In this document: in pieces, positions 27,687 to 32,000 of the stretch
How positions within the stretch are numbered: position 1 is the stretch's first letter
Layout of the letters: each line of letters opens with the position of its first letter
NCBI GenBank assembly: GCA_964510585.1
Contig: CAZECW010000173.1
Coordinates: forward strand, 36,256-68,255
Length of the DNA: 32,000 bases
Source: an uncultured archaeon
GTDB taxonomy: Archaea; Asgardarchaeota; Jordiarchaeia; Jordiarchaeales; Jordiarchaeaceae
Reading direction: 5' to 3'
Translations under genes and position numbers: made by a program
The notes under the pieces: model-generated
Seen by the model: the letters and a program-made list of their open reading frames with translations, nothing else
Database searches by the model: none
What the model was told of the DNA's origin: nothing

Positions 27687-28574
27687 TCAGAATGGGGAGT
27701 TAGCATAATTTTTTATTAGTGCTCCTTGATAGATTGCGTCTAGGAAGTTTTCCATTGTGGGTTCCCATTCTAGGGCGATTATGGGTTTAGTTTTTGGCGA
27801 GTATATTTGTGTGCCTTGGATGCTTGCGCGGCAGCATCTTACTATGTAGAAGTCGTTCTTAGTGGTTTCCTTTCTTGCATAGTGTGTTGGGCATATGTCT
27901 ATTTTTTGCATGGGGATTTTTGGGTTTAATTCTTTTATAGTTTCGAAGGTTACTGGGCAGCCTATTATGGTTATTGGTTGGTTTAGATTTGTTATTTTTT
28001 GGGCATCTGCGTCTAAGAATATGAATTTTTTTCCGGTGCTAGCACTGCATGGAAAAACTATGGGGTAATTTTTTGAGGGGATTTCTTTGAGAATGTCTAT
28101 TGTTTTTATTTGGAATTTAGTTTCTTTGCGTACTAGTCCTTGTTTTTGTGCTTTTTGGACTTGGTCTTGTAGTTTGGCTGGTGGAGGGATGATGTCAATT
28201 ATTCCCACCTTAATGTTGGGAGGTTCAAATAGTGCGAGACCTATGTGTTCGAATTTGGATTTGAAGACTACACTTCTTGTTTCTTTTTTTAGATGCTTTG
28301 TGGCGTTTTTAAGTATCTCGATTTTTTCTGTAGGGTCAATGTCGGAAAAATCCAATGTTAACGTTTGGTTTTCGTCGCTTAGTTGGATATAGCTGGTTAT
28401 AGTTCTCATGAGGCTGTTGCCCGTAGTTTTGATTTGGTATACGGATAGGCCTGTGGTTGACTGGATTATGAGATATTTTGTGGTGTGAAATACATTTCTT
28501 CCTTTTAGAATTGGTTTGTTTTCGTGTTTAGTTTTTATAACGTTTACTTGTTGAGGGTGGGGTATTCTTGGCAT
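27687..28574 (-). CDS. Conserved-looking Cys-motif protein of unknown function, co-transcribed with a radical SAM gene
   Basis: 295 aa, ATG after GGTGA, 21 nt downstream of the radical SAM stop. Motifs VFHTTKYLI, FEH, DIIPP, FPCSAS, IGCP, ICP, RCC and EW resemble an uncharacterised family I recall from methanogens (not verified). Confidence 0.7.
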   Translation of the reverse strand: MPRIPHPQQVNVIKTKHENKPILKGRNVFHTTKYLIIQSTTGLSVYQIKTTGNSLMRTITSYIQLSDENQTLTLDFSDIDPTEKIEILKNATKHLKKETRSVVFKSKFEHIGLALFEPPNIKVGIIDIIPPPAKLQDQVQKAQKQGLVRKETKFQIKTIDILKEIPSKNYPIVFPCSASTGKKFIFLDADAQKITNLNQPITIIGCPVTFETIKELNPKIPMQKIDICPTHYARKETTKNDFYIVRCCRASIQGTQIYSPKTKPIIALEWEPTMENFLDAIYQGALIKNYANSPF

Positions 28575-28595
28575 GTTTTGGTCACCATTTAATTT

Positions 28596-29684
28596 TTAGA
28601 GGTCTTTTTGGGGAACTATGTCGCAGCCTGTACATTTGAGGCACATAGTTTTGAATTTGTTTACGTCTAGACCTTTTTCCTTTAGGATCTGTTTGTGTTT
28701 TGTTGCATGTTTTATTAGTCTTTGGGCGGTGGGTCGTTGTGCCTTATTGTTTAGTGTTTGTTGCAATTGTTGCTTTATTAGAGGATTTAAGTTTAGGGGC
28801 CTTAGGGATGCGATCACTCCCCAGTGTGCTAATGTTTCTGCTCCTTGGTCTATTGTTTCTTCTTTTTCCCCAAGTCCTATTATGATGTTTGAGCAGACGC
28901 AGTTTTCTCCAAAGACTTTTGCGGCATATTTGACCATTTTTAGGTTGTTTTGATAGTTGAATTCGCTACAAACTTTAGAGAAGATTTGGGGATCAAAGCT
29001 CTCAACGTTTATTTTTATTTCGTCTGCTCCAGCGTCATATAGCATATCTATGTGTTTTTCTTCTTCGACGTAGGGTTCAACTCCTATGGGTAGTCTATCC
29101 CCAAATTCTCGGCGGAGGGCTTCCACCACCTGGCACATGTGTTTTACGCTTTCGGTAGGTGTGGAAAAAACTCCTGTGGTGAGTGCAACAGCCGTTAAAC
29201 CCTTATTTGCCACCCGTTTCACGATTCTGGTCACCACTTGGGGCTGGAGGGTTCTATGAGTGATGTGAGATTGTATTAAGGGAGTTGCGCAAAATTTGCA
29301 GTGGTATTTGCAGTTTGAATCTAGATTGAGGAATGCTTGTTCTGGACAATGGAGGAGGCTTTCTACCTGCTTTGCAGGAAGCCAGTCCACCCCATCCTTC
29401 TTTATGACTTTACGTTTGGCGTCGTAAGTGTAGGGCGTTTCTGACTGTTTCTCTGTAAGAGTAAGACGCACTAATCTCTCTTGGCCTAACCTTAGAAAGA
29501 TAGAATTTTGGCCTGTGCTTGGACCTGCGGTGGAGCGATCTATGAGGAAGGGAAGCTCTTTAACCTCCTTTACAAAGATCGTTCCTTTTTCTAGGAGTTC
29601 CGCTTTCATTATAGTTATTTTTGGTATTTCCTCCTGCACCTGGAAACCCTCATATTTATATTGAAAAAATGTTTTGAGTACCAA
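28596..29684 (-). CDS. Radical SAM protein, biotin-synthase-related (COG2516/LipS2-like); true start may be internal (e.g. ATG at 29609)
   Basis: CKYHCKFC (CxxxCxxC), STAGP, HCPEQA, LTTGV, IKINVES, SNIIIGLGE and a C-terminal TMCLKCTGCD. Confidence 0.85.
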   Translation of the reverse strand: MVLKTFFQYKYEGFQVQEEIPKITIMKAELLEKGTIFVKEVKELPFLIDRSTAGPSTGQNSIFLRLGQERLVRLTLTEKQSETPYTYDAKRKVIKKDGVDWLPAKQVESLLHCPEQAFLNLDSNCKYHCKFCATPLIQSHITHRTLQPQVVTRIVKRVANKGLTAVALTTGVFSTPTESVKHMCQVVEALRREFGDRLPIGVEPYVEEEKHIDMLYDAGADEIKINVESFDPQIFSKVCSEFNYQNNLKMVKYAAKVFGENCVCSNIIIGLGEKEETIDQGAETLAHWGVIASLRPLNLNPLIKQQLQQTLNNKAQRPTAQRLIKHATKHKQILKEKGLDVNKFKTMCLKCTGCDIVPQKDL

Positions 29685-29707
29685 AGAAGTTCTCTATGTG
29701 AACAGAA

Positions 29708-30754
29708 GTGAAAGAACAGAAAAATCTTGCGGCGATTCTAGACCAAGCATTGGATAGAAAAATCACCTTTCAGGAAGCGCAAAGCCTTTTAGAAGTTGAG
29801 GGTGAAAATTTCGACAAACTATTGAAAGTGGCGCGAATAGTAACTGATCGGGAAAAGGGGCGCATTCTACACGTTTATTATCCTTCACGATTGTTCCCCT
29901 CCATATCCGTAACGGGAAGAAACTGTGAATTGAAATGTGCACACTGCAATCGCCACTATCTTCAACATATGATACCCGCTTCGACTCCTGATAGGCTTTA
30001 CCAAGTGTGCCTCGATTTGCACCATAAGGGGGCGGTGGGTTGTTTGATAAGTGGGGGAAGCACCATCCAAGGATACATTCCACTTGAAACATACTTAGAT
30101 GCAATTAGGCGCGTGAAGGAAAATACTGATCTCATTTTGAATGTTCATACAGGGTTGTTGAGTTGGGATTTGGCGGTAGGGTTAGCTAAGTCTAATATTG
30201 ATGTCGCTTCAATTGATGTAGTTGGCGATAATGAAACCATAACTAAAGTTTACGGATTAAATAAAACGGTTGAGGATTATGAGAAGGCTCTTTACACTCA
30301 TTTGCAGGCAGGAATCAGACATGTGGTTCCGCATATTTGCGTGGGTTTAAACTTTGGGAGGATAGGGGGAGAAATCAGGGCTCTGGAAATAATAAGAAGA
30401 GTGGGTACGGAATTGTTGATTTTTATTACAATTATTCCCACGAGAGGTACTCTTATGGAGAATGTTTCTCCTCCCAGCGTGGAGGCAGTGGTAAAGGTGA
30501 TTGCCATTGCACGGTTAATGTTTAGAGACGCATCCATATCCTTGGGATGTATGCGTCCCGGTGGCCTTCGTAGGAGAAGGCTGGATCATTTGGCTTTGTA
30601 TGTAGTTGATAGAATGGCAGTCCCTACACCTAGCACCTTAAGAGAAGCCGAAAATATGGGTCTAAAAATTGAAAGATATCCCTCTTGTTGTGCGTTGCCA
30701 AGTGAATTTGAATTTAAAATAAGAAACAAGCTTTCGAAGGGAAACCAGTTTTAG
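29708..30754 (+). CDS. Radical SAM protein, LipS1-type archaeal lipoyl synthase subunit (COG1856-like)
   Basis: SISVTGRNCELKCAHC, LISGG, HTG, VPHICVGL, IPTRGT, then LGCMRP and a C-terminal SCC, which are the GC(M/A)R and CC motifs I recall for Thermococcus LipS1. Overlaps the lipoate ligase stop by 4 nt. Confidence 0.78.
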   Translation: MKEQKNLAAILDQALDRKITFQEAQSLLEVEGENFDKLLKVARIVTDREKGRILHVYYPSRLFPSISVTGRNCELKCAHCNRHYLQHMIPASTPDRLYQVCLDLHHKGAVGCLISGGSTIQGYIPLETYLDAIRRVKENTDLILNVHTGLLSWDLAVGLAKSNIDVASIDVVGDNETITKVYGLNKTVEDYEKALYTHLQAGIRHVVPHICVGLNFGRIGGEIRALEIIRRVGTELLIFITIIPTRGTLMENVSPPSVEAVVKVIAIARLMFRDASISLGCMRPGGLRRRRLDHLALYVVDRMAVPTPSTLREAENMGLKIERYPSCCALPSEFEFKIRNKLSKGNQF

Positions 30755-31518
30755 CGTAAAAAGTTCCATTCTCTGGTTGAGTACTTTTCAGTGACGAGTT
30801 TACGAGTCAACTTTTTTTCGTATTCTGTGAGTTCTCCGGATACTAATTCTATGTCCAGAGCCTTTTCAAATCCTTTCTTTAAGATATTTTTAATGGCTTC
30901 TATGTCTGGCTTCTTCTTCAATGCTGTTTCAAGATTGATTACTCTTTCTTCAATGGATTTAGCGACTTTATCGCTCATCTTTTCTTTGGACACTTTTAAT
31001 ACTTTTGACATGGTTTTTATGTCTGTTTTTATGAGAAGTGTTCCGTGATGTAGTACCACCTTTTTCCTTCTAGTCTGGGAGCTTCCACTAATCTTTTTCC
31101 CATCAACCAGAATATCGTTAACAGGCTTGAATGACGCGTTTAATCCCAACATCTTTAGACTTTCCACAACTCCCCGACAAAGTACCTCATAGGACTTTAG
31201 AATATCTTGGGGTACTTTCTTATTATTCTCATGTACAACAATATTATATGTGAGATTATCTTTATCTGAGTAAATTGCGCCCCCACCGGTTATTCTCCGG
31301 GAAATGTCTACACCTAATCTTTTGCACTCTTCAACATCCACCACATTTTCTACTGCTTGAAAGTAACCAATGGAACATGCAGGAGGATCCCTCTGGTATA
31401 GAAAGAGCGTATCAGGAACGAGATTTTTTGAGCGTGCTATAAGAATCGCTTCACCTACCGCACCACTGGTAGGAGGATCAATTACCCCTAAATCCAAAAA
31501 GCGCCAGACTTCCCTCAA
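30751..31518 (-). CDS. lplA: Lipoate-protein ligase/octanoyltransferase, catalytic domain only (no LplB domain)
   Basis: Motifs WRFLD, TLFLY, CSIGYFQ, RRITGGGAIYSD, NDILVDGKKISGSSQ, HHGTLL and YSTREWN. TTG at 31518 after AGGTG is preferred over the track start at 31551. Confidence 0.9.
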   Translation of the reverse strand: MREVWRFLDLGVIDPPTSGAVGEAILIARSKNLVPDTLFLYQRDPPACSIGYFQAVENVVDVEECKRLGVDISRRITGGGAIYSDKDNLTYNIVVHENNKKVPQDILKSYEVLCRGVVESLKMLGLNASFKPVNDILVDGKKISGSSQTRRKKVVLHHGTLLIKTDIKTMSKVLKVSKEKMSDKVAKSIEERVINLETALKKKPDIEAIKNILKKGFEKALDIELVSGELTEYEKKLTRKLVTEKYSTREWNFLR

Positions 31519-31775
31519 TTCAAACACCTTACTAAAATACACAATCCACACTCAGATAAACTTCAAATATAAACTAGATTTAAGATTAACCATTAAACAG
31601 CATACGTCCAAAATTTTTCTATAAATATTCTATTTATGCAAAGGATAGGGTATTTAGTTAAAATAGTTTTAATTATTGCTAGTTATGTCTATTGGGTAAG
31701 GAGGTGTGGTTTGCAAGTTTTGCTTTAAAAAGCTAACAAAAAAATAATAGGAGTTATCAGCCGGTAGTACGAATT

Positions 31776-31952
31776 TTAGAAGGGGAAGGGTAACATTGGG
31801 AATATCCAGCCAAAAATGGTTGGCCAGCCAAACCAAGAGCCATAAGGCATCAGTGCCCAGCTGACAACTCCTGCGCTTATGGTTGTTCCTACGACTGCTG
31901 TTAGTAATACTGCGGTGAGTAAGACTGCTATAAGGGATTGTATTTTGGGCAT
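31776..31952 (-). CDS. Small hydrophobic protein (58 aa) with an aromatic/Pro-rich tail; missed by the ORF track
   Basis: MPKIQSLIAVLLTAVLLTAVVGTTISAGVVSWALMPYGSWFGWPTIFGWIFPMLPFPF*. GGTGA lies 4 nt upstream of the ATG. Confidence 0.65.
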   Translation of the reverse strand: MPKIQSLIAVLLTAVLLTAVVGTTISAGVVSWALMPYGSWFGWPTIFGWIFPMLPFPF

Positions 31953-32000
31953 TATATCACCATAATTTTAATTTGAGTTTAGTATAAAAACTAAGCGAAT

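Noticed and set aside
28087-31624. Short overlapping ORFs opposite or out of frame with the radical SAM and ligase genes
   Set aside because: Shadow ORFs without motifs, overlapping well-supported genes.

Overview
Archaeal chromosomal window. Longin-like, tandem roadblock and TrmB/coiled-coil genes, GGTGA/GAGGT ribosome-binding sites and many TTG/GTG starts point to an Asgard archaeon (inference). Left to right it holds: a secreted S8 protease truncated by the left edge and missed by the ORF track; helical-repeat, Zn-ribbon/LURP-one and small hypothetical genes; a purM-NCS2 permease-HAD cluster; a HesB-like gene broken in a T8 tract; longin, ATP-grasp and tandem roadblock genes; an RNase Z-like hydrolase, an Lrp regulator and ribose-1,5-bisphosphate isomerase; a complete lysW-X-Y-Z-J-K carrier-protein operon (lysW missed by the track); ferredoxin, geranylgeranyl reductase and a tRNA-binding protein; a TrmB-like regulator with a long coiled-coil insert; and a lipoylation-like cluster (LipS1-type radical SAM, lipoate ligase, a second radical SAM and a Cys-rich partner). 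A 58-aa hydrophobic ORF at the right end is also missing from the track. No tRNA, rRNA, CRISPR array or transposase was recognised. The best leads are (1) a possible variant lipoyl synthase system lacking the canonical LipS2 motif, (2) a LysW ending in EDWGQ instead of EDWGE, paired with a LysX with altered specificity motifs, and (3) two C-rich structured intergenic elements where strand composition flips sharply. Family assignments come from motif recognition only; no searches were run.
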